A stretch of DNA of 64,000 nucleotides from Carcharhinus longimanus (GCA_030264375.1 JASCQW010000072.1:46843476-46907475), one strand, 5' to 3'; positions 52,131 to 64,000 are shown, counted from the stretch's first letter. Numbers and translations: made by a program. The notes: generated from the letters alone by a model not told the origin.

Positions 52131-54099
52131 TGTTTAAGCATCTGAGTCTTTACACACAGAGGAACTGCTTAATGTTATTCCTTGAAAATATCAGAGCATG
52201 TTCACATATGCCCACCCACTCCTGAAAGTATCCCAGCTCAGATTCACTTCACAAAATCCTCCCACTACCTTTTGCAGCCACAGTCTTGCCTTTAAGAGGT
52301 TCAAGCTATCCTTAAGAATTGTTAACTACTGACTAATATGGGCAGCCGTTGAACAGAGTGGGTAGTGCTGGCTGAATACAGCAATCATGCAATGAATAAG
52401 ACAGCAAGACTACAATGAAGAGGTGTGGATTAATTGTGCATTGCACCCATTAGCCAAATGAAACACCTGACATGTCTTAATTACAGAGCACACTTTTATA
52501 ACATATCCAGCCACAGCGCTTCCTACATTATCCATAGGTATTGAATATTGAGCAGTTGCATTAGTTTTTCACCCCAGCTAGATATGGATTGGTTGGTTGC
52601 AAGAACTGCATGCAGCTAATGTCACATCCCTTTGCAATGTGAACAATAATGTGTTCTGGTTTCTTTTAAAATCTTTTACTATCCCTAACACTGCAGTGAT
52701 ACTGATTCAAATCAGGATTTATAATACTTATTGGGAGGTGGCAATTCCTGCTTTTCTGTCAGTTTCTCAGACATGTGTGCAAAGCTTTATTCCTCAACAG
52801 TAAACTGGAGCTGTATCGAAAGCATCTTTAAAACAACCTTTGCTTGAGTTTGTAAAAGCCCAGTCAGATGCAAACGCTGTACACTTTTTAATTCCAGTCT
52901 CACTCTGTACTAAATGAGACATGACAGTACACTAGCGTTTTATCCTATGAATTATCCAAGTCAACTTGTGACAGATGCATTGCTACAAAGTAGGACTGTC
53001 GATATGCTGAGCTCCATAAATGAGTCCAAAGATGTGTAGGTTAGGTGGATTAGTCATGGTAAATGTGTGGGGTTATGGGGATAGGGCAGAGGAATGGGCC
53101 TGGGTAAGATGCTCTTTCAGAGAGTTGTGCAGATTTGATGGGCTGAACAGCCTCCTTCTGCACAGTAGGGATTTTAACAGTTGAGAAAGAAAGCTAGGGC
53201 AGCATCGCCACACTAAAACTCAACTGGAATCTGACAGAAGATTTCTGAACGTTACACATATTTCTGTATTTACACCCTGCAACAGCATCGCTAATTTTAG
53301 AAAATAAATTCTTAAACTGTAGAAATAAATAAATGGATTTATTTTGAAAGTGGATTTGTTTAACGAGCTAAGCAATAGTTGGCACATCACCTCAGCAATT
53401 TTCCTCTCTGTTGCCTCCAGTAATCTGGATACCACAGCTAGCAAACAAAGTCTGTCATTCAAAGTATGATGTTTTGTTTCCTTCCAGAAAAACCGTCACC
53501 GAGGAAATGAGCTGATCCAGCAGATTAAAGGATAGACATGAATATGTGATCAGAGAGTCAGTTCAACAGAAGATCCATGGACTGAATTCTCCGGGCCCCT
53601 GGGAGAGGGGATTGACGGTGGCAGGGGATAGAATGGCAGGGTGGGAAGGAAAATAGTGGGAAGCTGCATCAGGATGGCCCCTTGACATATTTGCACTTCG
53701 AGGGGAGAGGAACATCCAGGGGATGAGCAGCCGGTTATGTCACTTAAGAGCCATTCAGGGCCTTTTTCCCATGGAGATAGGATCTACCTGCCTTTCAGGA
53801 GAATTCAAGAAACAGGCTGTGGACTATCTCCAGCTGCCTCCCATATTTCACCCCCCTCACCTCCCAGCTAGCCAAAACTATGGGAAAAATCTGCCCACAG
53901 CTAGGACTGCTGAGCATTTCTCCCCATAGAATAAGGGCCGTCAGTCGTAACACTTAATTTTAGCACTCATGAGGCAACATGCCTACTCTGTAATAAGAAC
54001 AAAAGATGCCAAAAACTCTCAGCAGATCTGTAGAGGGAGGAAAACAGAGTTAATGTTTTGAGTCAGATTGACTCTTTTAGGGCCTACTTCGTAACCTTT

Positions 54100-54390
54100 T
54101 TTTTAGTTTATTTATAAGTGTCACAAGTAGGCTTACATTAACACTGCAATGAAGTTACTGTAAAAATCCCCCAGTCATCACACTCCTGTTCAGCTAAAAT
54201 AATGGAGAATTTAGCATGGCCAATGTACCTAACCAGCATATCTTTCAGACTGTAGGAGGAAACCAGAGCACCCGAAGGAAACCCATGCAGATACGGGGAG
54301 AGCGTGCAAACTCCACACAGTCAGTGGCTCGTGCTGGGATTGGAACCCACGTCCCTTGTACTGTGAGGCAACAGTGCCACCATACTGCCC
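54100..54390 (-). mobile_element. SINE with Rex1-like tail
   Basis: Reverse copy. Confidence 0.85.
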
Positions 54391-54736
54391 TCTGTTTAGA
54401 TGCAGTGCTCATAAACCAGTGTTAATCAGATACCAGAGTATGTTACACTTTGTCCACTAACCAAGTCCCGTGCCTAGAGTCCAAGGTAGAAAGACTCATC
54501 TCAGAACAGTCCCCCACTATATTGGCAACACTTACCTCCATCTCACCCACAGCCTTGGACACTTCTATTGACCCTTCTGCCATCCCTAAATTGGACTGCA
54601 CTCCTGGAGTTGTCCTCCTAATTGCCCCCATTTGGGAAAACCGCACAAGCAGGCAGGACTTGGAGATCACTGGGGTCAGGAGCAACAGATGGTCCGGGCT
54701 CCCAAAGTAAGAATCAGGCTCATGTCTCCCACAGGA

Positions 54737-54923
54737 CAGTAAGAAGTCTGACAACACCACGTTTAATTCCAAACGATTTATTTGATAGTAAACTCACAAG
54801 CTTTCGAGGTTAAACTCTTCGTTAGGTGATTCACCTATCAAATAAATCAGTTGGACTTAGACCTGGTGTTGTCAGACTTCTTACTGTATTTACCCCAGTC
54901 CAACGCCAGCATCTCCACATCAT
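54737..54923. mobile_element. Penelope inverted pLTR pair with a TCCCACAGGA flanking duplication
   Basis: ACAGTAAGAAGTCTGACAACACCA / TGGTGTTGTCAGACTTCTTACTGT inverted; decayed hammerhead on minus (CTAACGA..CGAAAGCTT). Confidence 0.8.
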
Positions 54924-57224
54924 TCCCACAGGATACACAAGCTTCACTGCAGTGTTTTGTATCAAATTTATAGGTTGGTGCCTTATTCAGGGCTGACTCT
55001 AATCAATCCACCATTCTCCTGTTAAGAGAAAAATAGACAGTACTGTATAATTATCTATCACTTGCTGAACTAAGATTTTTGGAATCATATTTTAGGCTGT
55101 GAATGTTTCTGCTTTTGCCCCTAAGCATAAAAACCCAGCTCTTGCTGTTCTTCACCCGATAACCGAGATTAAATTCATCATATCGGCTCCGACAGAGATG
55201 GTTGTTATGCTGTCACATTTTACTACTTAATTAGAAGTCTTACATCCAGTTTGAAACTCACAATTCAAAATGTCACACATAAAGAAGTATAGGTCACGTT
55301 ATCAGTCACATTTCACCTGACTGCTTCAAACATCATTCAAAGAACAAAGCAAATAATCAAGGTTAACTGATTGATGCTGATATGACTAACTAGGTAAGAA
55401 TGAGAAATGAACTAACTACACAAAAAAAACACATTATGCTGATAAGAAAAGCAGAAAAGACCATGCAGGGAGCAGAAAGAGATCCAATATCCATTCTTAT
55501 TTTTAAAAATTACAAAAATACTTTTCAAGTGCTTTCAGCCACAATTCTCTTAGCTTCAAGAGAAAGTTTTAAAAGCAAAATGTCACATGTGACAAAGTTG
55601 AACATTCAACCTTAAAAAATATTAACTTAGCCATGGAATTGCCTTTGTTTTAAATTTCTAAAATTCCCCCAACAGGCCTGTCATTCTCAGTTGCTGCTAT
55701 ATTACCAGCACAAATCAGTATAATCACTCCGATTGGAAATTAACTATCTAAGGACAGAGTCTCTGCATTGAACTCTGGCTTCTCATTGCTTGGATTTCTT
55801 TTGTGACTTAAATGTAGATGTGCTATGGACAGCTCAATTTTGTAGCAAAATCAACTCCATTTACCGTTAGCAAGAATGTAAAATTCTACAATGCAACAGT
55901 TGATAAAAGATGCAATGCTTCAAAGTGCAGAGGATCTTACAAATGTAATAAGCCACAGTGCAGCAAAACCAAGTGTACCAGGCTGAAATCTTCCATCCTT
56001 GTTGGTGGCTGGGATTTTCCGGTGCTGCTGACAGCGAACGGAGTTTTAGCTGGAACACCAAATTTTCTGTTTTTGCTCACAACAGGTCCCACCAGTGTCA
56101 CTGTTACTTGACCAGCCAAACTGCAACTGAGAGCTGCCCGCACCTGCTCAATGTGGAGAGAGGGCACAGAGAAGTGACAGTGTGAGAGTTTGTGGCATGC
56201 ACCAACTGCCCTTTAAGTTAGAAGGAAGAAACAGTCCTTCAAAGACACATTCTGATTTTCTCGTCAGACTAAAAACACTTCTCAAAGGAATCCCTGATTG
56301 GAAATCAAATTAGGAGGAGAGAATTTTCTCTCAGAACAACTGCCAGTCCAATTTGCCTTACCCCAGCATGAGTAAACAAGTAGGCTGGCATCAAAGTAAC
56401 TAGCCAGCAGTATTGTCTTACCAAAAGGGCATTAGTTTACCTACTAATCTGGATCCTGCTTTCGTGGTGATGATGTTTTGGAGTATTCTCCATGACAAGT
56501 TGGCAGTCCCAGCTATGGGGGCAAGGGTGGTGAGGGAACAGGATAAATAGGCCAGGGGCATCAGTCTCTGCCCACTGCAGAACAAACTGTGGTGGGAGTG
56601 GGCAAGTAGGTGCAAGGAAATGCGCCCATGGCATTATCCCCAATTTTACACCCCCTGCCCCAGGGATAGGAGGTGTGATAAAACTCAGCTCATAATATTT
56701 ACACAGGGCCTTTCGCACAAAATGCCCCAAGCTGCTTCACCGCAGTGATGACCGCAGAGAGTTGAACACTGAGCAATATAACAGGGTATCAGGACAAAAG
56801 CAAAATACTGCAGACATTGGAAATCAGGACTAGAAGCAGAAAACGCGGGATGTAGTCAGCAAAACAGGTAGCATTTCTGGTGAGATATAGGGAGAATGAG
56901 CTGGCTGAATTTTCCCTGAGGTGCAGGAGCTGATAATACAGTGGGCGTCGGCATCAAGAGCAGAGCCAGATGTCTTCCCATCACCTTGGCATATTGCCAG
57001 TGGCAGGAACCTCAGAGGTACATGGAATAGTGGGAAGGTGGGAAATAGGAGGGGGGCCATGGACAGATCCTTGGAGGTCACCAGAGGTAATTGTGTAGGT
57101 GCAGGAACAGAAGCCATTGCAAGCGATATTCTTATTGGTTGGCAGATCTGGCAAGCAGTACATCCTCTCTTGGAGGGGCAGAAGCTGTCACTGCAGTCAA
57201 ATTAACTGCCTGTTCGACATAAGG

Positions 57225-58323
57225 TGGGCGATTCTCCCAGCCTGCTGTGCTGCTCTAGCATTGCAGCGGGCTGGAAGACATCAGCAGAGGCCATTTCGTG
57301 GGCTCCCTACTGGGCGCCCGGGCCTTTGCACATCTCTGGCTCTAAGATTTCTTACCGAATCAGCTCTGGCGCGGAGCTGATTACAATGTAGAAATCAATA
57401 TTTCCATATCATTAGCAGATCTGGGACAGGAGTCTCCGGGCCCACTAGCATCTCCCCACCAGCCAAGAGTGGTTCACTCCAGCAGGGTTTACAACAGCTC
57501 CCCACTAAAAGGGAGCAGGCGGCCTGACCCTGCTAGGGTAAAGAAAAGCCATTGAGGCCTCTCCCGAGGAGGTCGGGGTTAAGGAGAGTGCTCCCTGGCA
57601 GTGCCGGGCTGACTCCCAACATTGCCCAACAGGCAAAGTGGAAATGCTAAAGGGGCATCTTGGCAATGTCCACTGGGCATTGGGCAATGCCAAGGGGATG
57701 GGGTCAGAGGGGATGAGGCCAGATGAGGGGGTGGGGCCTTTTGGTGGGGCGATTGGTGGAGGTTGGGGGGGGGGGCACTGCCACACTGCCAGAGGATCTC
57801 AGGCAGAGAAAGGGAAGAGAAGATCGAGGCTGGCAGTGGAAGTGGGCATGATTGGGATTCTCGGGGGTAGGAGAGAGGGATCGGGAGATTGGGTCTTGCC
57901 AGGTGGAGGGTCAGGGAGATTGGGGTGGACTGGGCGGGAGTCTTGGGGCTAGCCCGGAGAGGTTCAGGAGGCCAGTGGTCAGAGGGTGGGGTGTCAGAGG
58001 CGCAGCAATGCAGGGTTCCTATGATGGCCAACGATCAGGCTGGCCAGTGATCGGGAGCCAGTAATGTGGGGCCAGTGCACATATGCCGATCTCTGTCTGA
58101 CAGATCAACTTATTACACATTGGCCGGCTCTGCACTATGCTGCCGACCTCTCCAGTAGGAATAGGCCCCACCTCTGATTTTCAGGAGGAATCCTACTCAG
58201 GCACTCTGCAGTGCTCAGAGTGTGGGAGATTCAATCTGAAAATCATGCTAAAAGAACAGTGGGAGTTACTCCCATTTTCATGTGAACTGGGGGGCTCAGG
58301 AATTTTTTTGGGAGAATCCGGCC
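57225..58323. mobile_element. ~1.1-kb GC-rich non-autonomous TIR element (Harbinger-like)
   Basis: GGGCGATTCTCCCA ... TGGGAGAATCCGGCC inverted termini. Confidence 0.7.
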
Positions 58324-58349
58324 AAGATATGGTTGGAACTTCTAATGGT

Positions 58350-59257
58350 TATGGAGATGAAGATGACCTATCCCTTTCCAGCTGAGGGGTCTTGTAAAAT
58401 CCCAGCCACTAATGTTATCTCCATATAAAGCTTGGAGTCAGTGCTTTAGTTTCAAGAGAGTGATTTACTGGCCCTGACATAGTTGGACATCATCATGAGT
58501 GGGAGGGAGAGCTGTGACAGCTTTCCAAACTTTCCCAGCCCACCTGCAATGATGTCTGCTGATGTCAGTTCTGCAAAAGTTTGTCCTTTGGTGCATTTTA
58601 TGAGAAAACAAGTTATTTTAATATCTTTAGTCAAGGTGAGCCAGTGTTTATTTTTGGCGGGTGCTGGGGTGGTTCTTTTCTGCTTATTTTCTAAGAACCT
58701 TTCCCCCTTTCTGTACCTCTGACCGAGTTTTACTGAACTACTAATTGCACCGACATTTCTAAGATATTCCAAAAATAAATACAGTACAAATAGTCCTATT
58801 GTCATGCATATGTTTATATAATATTGCATGTAATGGTTCAAGTAAACAGGCTAGAAGTCTCTCAGCCAGGTTAGAATAGGCCAAGACAAAGTTCATGAAG
58901 CTCTCTCCCATAAGCAAATTCCATTAGCATTCTTGAATGAATGCCATTGTCTGCTTGACCTTTGCATATTTTACATTAGAGAAGGCTGTGCATGTGAAAT
59001 TATTAATGGAGCTATCCTCTGGGAAGGGCAGTAACAGTATATTAGCTTGAATTTATCTGCCATTACTGTACTCCCAAGAAGTTGAAGATGAATGATTTTG
59101 CATAAACCTCCTACTCTGAGATTCTCCAGTTGTTTTATAAAATGCACTAATGACTATGGAGATGAGGATGACCTATCCCTTTCCAGCCGAGGGGTCTTGT
59201 AAAATCCCAGCCACCAATGTTATCTCCATATAAAACTTGGAGTCAGTGTTTTAGTTT
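58350..59257. repeat. Direct duplication of 103 bp (58350-58452 and 59155-59257)
   Basis: 98 of 103 identical; all five differences are transitions. Confidence 0.9.
58544..58758 (-). CDS. Candidate 215-nt exon inside a 129-aa unique ORF
   Basis: TTTTTGGAATATCTTAG acceptor, CAG|GTGGGC donor, open frame, phase-compatible with 59838-59914; no homology recognised. Confidence 0.25.
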
Positions 59258-60656
59258 TAAGGGCATGATTTATTGGCTCTTGGATTATATGGAGATGACA
59301 ATGATACATTATTCTATCGTATATTCTTTCATGGGATGTAAGCCTCACTGTCTTAGCATTCATTGCCGAACCCTAATTGCCCTTGTGAAGATGATGGTGA
59401 GCTGTATTCTTGAACTGCTGCTTTTGGGAAAGGAGTTCCAGGATTTTGACCCAGTGCCAGTGAAGGAGCCGTGATATAGTTCCAAGTCAGGATGGTGAAT
59501 AGTTTGGAAGAGAACTTGGAGGTAGTTTTCTCATGCATCTGCTTCCCTTGTTCGCATATGTGGTAGATTTTGCAGGTTTAGAAGGTGCTTTCAAAGGACT
59601 GTTAGTGCAATACTGTAGTGCATCTCATAGATGGCACGCATGCCAGCCACTTTGTGTCAGTGATGGTTGTAGAAAATATCTAGGGGATACTTTCTGATGA
59701 GTAAGGTACTGATCATTGATTAGCCTTGTTGCAACAGTAATGCTGTTCAGTATGAGAGGATCTGCAGGTTCAGACGTTTGCTGTTCATCTAAACATGATA
59801 CTTTCCCACAAATGTAACTGCAGCACTGTTAACTTACTCTGTTTTCCTTTTGCAGTCAGCCGCATTTGAATCTTGTCCATTCTTTTCAAGTGGCATACTT
59901 TTGGATGCCTTCATCTCTATGAAAGGTCTTCTCCTCAATACCAGTGTAGCTCACAAAGTACTAAAGACAATGACAAAGAATGGTGAATTGCAGGAGTTAC
60001 TGCAGGCTGGATTTTCCTGATCCTGCAAGGCTAAGGAAGTAGATGGGCTGGGGAGGTCTGGGGAACCATGTCCCGTTGGCAGCTTAGCATATTTCTGCTG
60101 ATGGGTGAAGTTCCCATGGACAAGTGCAGACCCAGGTCGTCTCTCCACACCATGGAGAGATGGGCATCCAATTAAGCTGATTACAGGTCTACCTTTGAGG
60201 TTGATGAGCATTTTGCCAGTTGTGTGGCCTTTGGCACCTGCTCCATGCTGGTGGCAAGATAAACTGAATCCATGGCCTAAAGAATTACCTGGAGTAGTTT
60301 TCCTCCTCTTCAATGGGCCAAATAACAATTTAAATAAACCCTTCTGAGGGAGCCTCCATGTTAAGACCCCCTCATAGTCCTCATCTTGCCTCAGCGGCCA
60401 CCACCTCTCCCAGTGGGGCCACCAAGGTGCCAGAGCTGTGGCCCTGTGGACTGGCAGCATTAAGAAATGTCAGTGAGTTCTCAATCGGATGGCAAGCATG
60501 GAGGAAGCCAATTAGGAGGCCATCTTTGTGGCGATTGTGATATTAGGCCATTTGCCAGTAAGGGTGGCCTCAGGGTCCTCACTGTAGTGCTGTGGGTCCA
60601 GGAGCTGTGCAAAATTTCAGCCCTTAGTTGTCGGATCTGTGTCATGTTGTATTGTA

Positions 60657-60880
60657 CATAAGAACATAAGAACATAAGAAATAGGAGCAGGAGTAGGCCA
60701 TCTAGCCCTTCAAGCCTGCCCCGCCATTCANNNNNNNNNNNNNNNNNNNNNNNNNNNNNNNNNNNNNNNNNNNNNNNNNNNNNNNNNNNNNNNNNNNNNN
60801 NNNNNNNNNNNNNNNNNNNNNNNNNNNNNNCTACCAAAGTGGACCACCTCGCACTTGCCAACATTAAATTCCATTTGCCA
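60657..60880 (-). mobile_element. Young CR1 collapsed into a gap
   Basis: KWQMEFNVGKCEVVHFG, gap, tail. Confidence 0.88.
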
Positions 60881-61492
60881 TTTCCTTGTAGAAAAGGTTC
60901 CTGTAGGCAAACCCACATTTTAAAAAGCACAGCCCTAGAAAATCTACTGAGAGCACCAACTGTTGGCCTCTGCTTTTGACTCCAATGAAGAATCAAGATT
61001 TGCGCTCCATACCCACCTTGGAATCCAGGCAGGTGACCATGCCACTGACAGCAATGCGACTTGGCACCAACTAAAAGATAGAAGGGATGGGGAAAATGGA
61101 GAAGTGTGAGGTTGACCTGCCTTGCATGCAGTTGCTGGTGACTCCACTATCTCCCAAAAATGTACAATAGCCTAGGAACCCCAGTCATAAAAGAGGGAAA
61201 AGGGATTTCCAAGCCTGTACTTCAAGTGGACCTCACATCTGCCTCTTCAAATGCCCTCACAACTGATGGTGCCTATCACCAATGACTAGGCTGCAGTGAG
61301 AACCTCAAACCCAGCATCTCACTTCACTCTTTCATTCCACTTATGGCAAGATTCAGCAGGGGGTTATTCCCTTTTTGTATAAAAAGATTTTTTTATTAGC
61401 CATGTGAACACAGTAATGTTCCTATGTCCCCCATATATTCTCCTCATAGATTTGGATAACAGATTTATATGTGCGGGACATACAGCTTCACA

Positions 61493-61820
61493 TGGGCAGC
61501 ACGGTGGCACAATGGTTAACATTGCTGCCCCACAATGCCAAGGACCTGAGTTTGATTCCAGCCTTGGGTCACTGCCTATGTACATTCTGCCCGTGGCCTG
61601 TGCGGGTTTCCTCCAGGTGCTCTGGTGTCCTCCCACACGCCAAAGATCTGTGGGTTGGGTTAACTGGCAATGCTTAATTGCGCCCTAGTGTCCCAGGATG
61701 TGTAGGTTAGGAGGATTAACAGGGTAAATACATGTGGTCATGGGGATAGGATGCTCTAGTTGGTGCTGACTCAATGGGCAAATGGCCTCCTTCTGCACCG
61801 TAGCGATTCTATGATTCTGT
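61493..61820 (+). mobile_element. HE1-type SINE
   Basis: Full copy. Confidence 0.88.
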
Positions 61821-63084
61821 GAAACACTAACTTGAGTGCTCTAGTCTCAGCACTGCTAACCCCTTTGAGTTCAATTTTAACTCCTTTGAGCTCAAAGTTA
61901 ACAAGAATGGCAATTTTCAATGATTCCCTTGCATAACATCAATTGCAAAATATTTGTCTATAATGATCTCCAATTTTACAAGTCTACATTCATCTTCAGC
62001 AGTTTGTGGCTTTTATTTTTATGGCCACTATATATTGTGCAGATTGATGAAGGTATTCACTATTCAAAGCACTGCCCATGTGGCCAACTAAAGGTGGCCA
62101 ATAGTATTGGCAATAAAAGGCCAACTGTTTGATAAATAACCCTGCCAACTCGCAGTCTCACAAATGGAAAGAGTGCTGCCAACTTGGCTTAAGGTTGGTA
62201 TGCTATATATCATGACCCTGTTTATAAAGACTATTATTAATCCAACCAATGAAGATTAAATTTTATCTTCTCCTTTAGAGTCAGTAGACTTTAATCCCAT
62301 CACAGGTGAATATTTATTCCTTCATTGTTGCTTGCCCACTTATTCATTACCTCAGGTTTCTATCCATGATCAATAGATACTTTGCAGACAGAATTGGAAG
62401 AAACAATCTGCAGGAGCATATGCCGATTGATTACAACATAATATTATCAAGCCATCTGCTATTGAATTAGTTATAAGCGTTATGATGTTGGTTTTACAGG
62501 CAAAGGATCCAGGTACAATAATTTGCATAAGGTGTAGAGGGATGGAGGGGCTAGACTAGGAATTAATATTAGAAAAAACTATTAGCATCTAGTGTAATGC
62601 ATTCAGTCAAGCTGCGTACAATTTAGCTGTCTCGCGTCCGAGGGATCCATCTGCTCTCTGCATAATCAAAGACTTTGCAGCATAAAAATGGAAGACTGCT
62701 GTAAACTTTACAACTACTGGCAAAACTAAATCAGTTCAATGCTACAGCAAAACAGTGACATAAATACACATGCCTTGAATAAAAGGAGCACACTCATTGT
62801 AAAATAGGAAGGTAAGATAATGGAGGGAATTTTAACCTAGGAAGACCTGATGGAATAGGATTGAATACACATGGAGAGAAAGCTTGAGGACATCAACAAG
62901 CAGGGCTGTCTGCACTGCGTTCAGCTCCAGGCAAGTTTGAAACTGAGGCTGGATCACATGACACACTCCTCTCAATCTGATTGCATTCTGCTTTCCCATA
63001 AAGGCATATTATAACAACTCCCCACCACCCCACCCCACCCCCTCACTTGTTCAAAACCCTACACATGCGTATTTTCCTTTTAGA

Positions 63085-63530
63085 TACCCATGAACTGAAA
63101 CCTGGCCAGACAGTGGTGGAAGAGATAAAGGAGGAACAGCAGAAAGATAGTGATGAAGAAGAAATATTGTCACTTTCATGATACAAGTCCAGAAACTACA
63201 TTGAATATAGCTTAGAAATGGGATCTGCACATGGTGAGAGATCAGGTATAAATAGCCTGCAGCACAGGACAGGACACAAAATTAGCCCAGATATTGGCTC
63301 ACCATATGACAAGATTGCATATGGGTTCTGTTGCAAAAGAACTCATGGGGTGACTAACAGAATAAGGTTAATCAGCATGCACATAGAAACACTTGGTGTA
63401 TTAGCAGACATACCACAAATCCCCTGGTCAATGTCCTGGAGCAAGGAGGGATCTAACACCAGCTTGGCACAGGCCTTTACATAGAGCTTGTAAATGCATT
63501 CTTTCCAGTGTGGAAGTGATGGTCAACTCT
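63085..63530 (+). pseudogene. Harbinger Myb partner gene last-exon relic
   Basis: TTTTCCTTTTAG acceptor; EEQQKDSDEEEILSL, SLEMGSAHGERSGINSLQ, RLISMHIETLGVLADIP. Confidence 0.65.
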
Positions 63531-63759
63531 ATGGAGATCCGTGCAGACCATCCATGATACAGTGATTGATGCAGGCTAACAATGCAACTCCTATTGCAGC
63601 CCAAGCAGAAGTCACCCAATATCTGGGTATTGCAGACTGAAGTCATCCAAGTTGCCATGCAGACTCAAGCAGACACTATCATAGCAATGAATATCAGTAT
63701 TTCCCAGTATCGCAGGCAGATGAGTTAATGGCAGAAAGTCTGAACAGAAAGGGGCTGTA

Positions 63760-64000
63760 TTAGTTGCCTCCTTCTTTCTTCTTCCGTTTCTTCTCCCACT
63801 GCTTCTCACCCTATAGCCGCTGGAAAGGATGTCCATTCATACAAGCAAGGTTGTGCAGCATATAAAACAAAACCCATACCAAGTCTTGCTATAAGCTCAG
63901 CTGAGCACTGAAGGACTCCTCCAGTCAGTAGAAGTGTTGCTTAAGCACCCCAGTAGTCTGCTTTGTTACAGTTTGTGTGGTAATATTGTTTGCATTATAT
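63760..64000 (-). mobile_element. Harbinger transposase C-terminal relic, continuing beyond the window
   Basis: YNANNITTQTVTKQTTGVLKQHF, GGVLQCSAE, MLHNLACMNG, then a charged tail. Confidence 0.8.

Noticed and set aside
56422-56512. Minus-strand exon candidate AGTANLSWRILQ...
   Set aside because: Overlaps the end of a GGTTGCCAA-type repeat similar to 35000-35047
57505-58064. Pro/Gly-rich ORFs (also 40814-41448)
   Set aside because: Stop-poor GC-rich interior of a non-autonomous TIR element, open in several frames on both strands
58350-58425. SECIS, C/D snoRNA or known miRNA
   Set aside because: Box spacing and GA quartet do not fit, and it matches no miRNA I recall
1585-61820. tRNA-like A/B boxes and recurrent short ORFs such as 'VAQWLALL' and 'LCGVCMFSPCL'
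   Set aside because: SINE heads and their translations, not tRNA genes or proteins

Overview
Vertebrate nuclear DNA, almost certainly from an elasmobranch (shark): it carries about 20 HE1-type tRNA/V-domain SINEs, CR1/HER1 LINEs, Rex1/Babar LINEs, a SacSINE1-like Deu-SINE and Penelope-like elements, in a gapped draft assembly. I recognise no host protein-coding gene. The unique AT-rich stretches look like a large intron or gene desert with enhancer-like blocks, and only weak exon candidates exist. The main signal is a dense set of decayed PIF/Harbinger transposons: 4-5 HARBI1-like transposase relics, about 8 relics of the spliced Myb/SANT partner gene (twice clearly tail-to-tail with a transposase) and many TIR MITEs. 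The partner gene's three-exon layout can be pieced together from fragments inside this window. Also notable: a 42/84-bp repeat encoding a coiled coil in one partner gene, a solo LTR whose removal restores that gene's frame, a 153-bp near-perfect palindrome with a TTA TSD, hammerhead-ribozyme motifs in Penelope pLTRs, and one SINE body carrying two different LINE-derived tails. All family calls come from motifs recognised by eye, with no database search. Repeat boundaries are approximate unless a TSD is quoted.
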